A program made the position numbers and the translations under genes. Positions 62,885-64,000 of a DNA stretch of 64,000 nucleotides are shown in pieces (the first letter of the stretch is position 1; every line of letters begins with the position of its first letter). Origin of the DNA: Thalia democratica (Eukaryota); assembly GCA_965202585.1 (NCBI GenBank), contig OZ241826.1, forward strand, positions 79,918,001-79,982,000, written 5' to 3'. Below the pieces are notes generated by a model. That model ran no database searches, was not told where the DNA came from, and saw nothing but the letters and a program-made list of their open reading frames with translations.

Positions 62885-63900
62885 GTTTCACGGCAACCGA
62901 TACCAGTCACTGAAATAACCGACGACGATCACGACCAATCACGTTCAATCAAGACCACGATTTACGACAGTGGTGGGGATCACCGCGCCACGAAAAACAG
63001 CGCAGTCGTCATTGATAATCAATTTTCTGCTGACGGACATTACCGCAAAGTGAAAACGCGAAAATACAACCTGCCAGTAGCAACTGCGGTGTAAACAATG
63101 AAAGACGGTTTAATACAAAATAAACAGAAGAAACATAAATTCACTTAAGTCTAACAGGTGAAAGCCTGCGAGGTCGGCGACGTTTCGAGCTATGTGTTCG
63201 GAAATAAAAGTGAAGCTTTTCGTCTGTATTTCATTTTTTTTTTCCATTAGGAATTCTTTTTGTTTAAGTTTTTTGCTTCATGTAAAAATAGGTTTTTAAA
63301 TAATTTTGTTGCTGCTTTATCAAAAATAAAATATTTTAAAAGTGACTTAATAGCACTTAATTTGTTTTCATTTAGTTTTGATTTTTACCTTTTAGATGTG
63401 ATGAAAGGTGAAACAAAAAGAAAACTTGTAAGCAATGTATCTTAATTCGGCGACAAGAAGCAAATCTAAACTTTTATAAGACGTGTGTATTGAAGGTTAC
63501 TAGCGTGCGCGAAATACGCCTAAGGGCTTCTTATGGCGATCATGCCAAAAGTAAACAGCCGCTGCCAACAAAAATCCGCTGATAATTCGCTGCCTTTCTA
63601 ATTAACAGCATAAGGAGCTTTTGCTTAGAAGAAAAGCTGAAGTGAGTTCAAAACAAAGTCGATGTCCATCATTCACATACAACTTGCCCTCACCTAATTT
63701 CGCTGCTTTTTATCTCGCTGAGATTATCCCCTTCGTTTCGTTCACTCGCAAGCTGCTGCCTCTTGTCACAAACTAGGAAAGAAAATTCGAAATTTCATTG
63801 TTGTGAAGTCGCTTTGAAAAAGAGGAAATGAAGTTCGTCGTGGAAAATTACTGGTTGTTTTATCGTTGATTTTTTTTAATCACTTAGAAAGTTCATTCGC
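62885..63900 (-). repeat. inverted copy of the upstream block (B, A, G) of copy 2
   Basis: Reverse complement aligns to 38840-40030 continuously apart from one deletion between A and G; no coding exon 1 recognisable to its left. Confidence 0.9.
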
Positions 63901-64000
63901 TTGTCAGCTCTTATTAAATACAATATTTCTGACGTATTCTTTTAAGTTTTTTTTTCTAGTCTTTTCTTGACTTGATATTACCAAATTATATTAACTTTGA

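Overview
AT-rich, intron-containing animal genomic DNA (species not determinable from the sequence alone). The window is a nest of duplications of a single locus. Two complete 14-coding-exon paralogues of a SAND + SAM domain gene, most like the long form of SAMD11 (SAMD7/SAMD11 family), lie head-to-head. Copy 1 (minus, 24307->14952) has an intact 746-aa ORF. Copy 2 (plus, 40391->53023) has the same 14 exons in the same phases but an in-frame TAG at codon 499, upstream of the SAM domain. At least five further partial copies retain only the upstream and intronic conserved modules and decayed 5' exons. Two of these form a ~4-kb inverted repeat (1-4082 vs 8298-11735). The two full genes have unalignable introns and strongly diverged AT-rich linker exons, yet share GC-rich tracts that are nearly identical even at synonymous sites, which suggests ongoing gene conversion between the inverted arms. 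RFX X-box-like palindromes and perfect TGACGTCA sites recur in the modules and inside coding exons. Two non-autonomous hAT-type elements, a CpG-rich orphan promoter-like island and an (AT)n microsatellite are also present. All alignments and identities were made by eye and are approximate.
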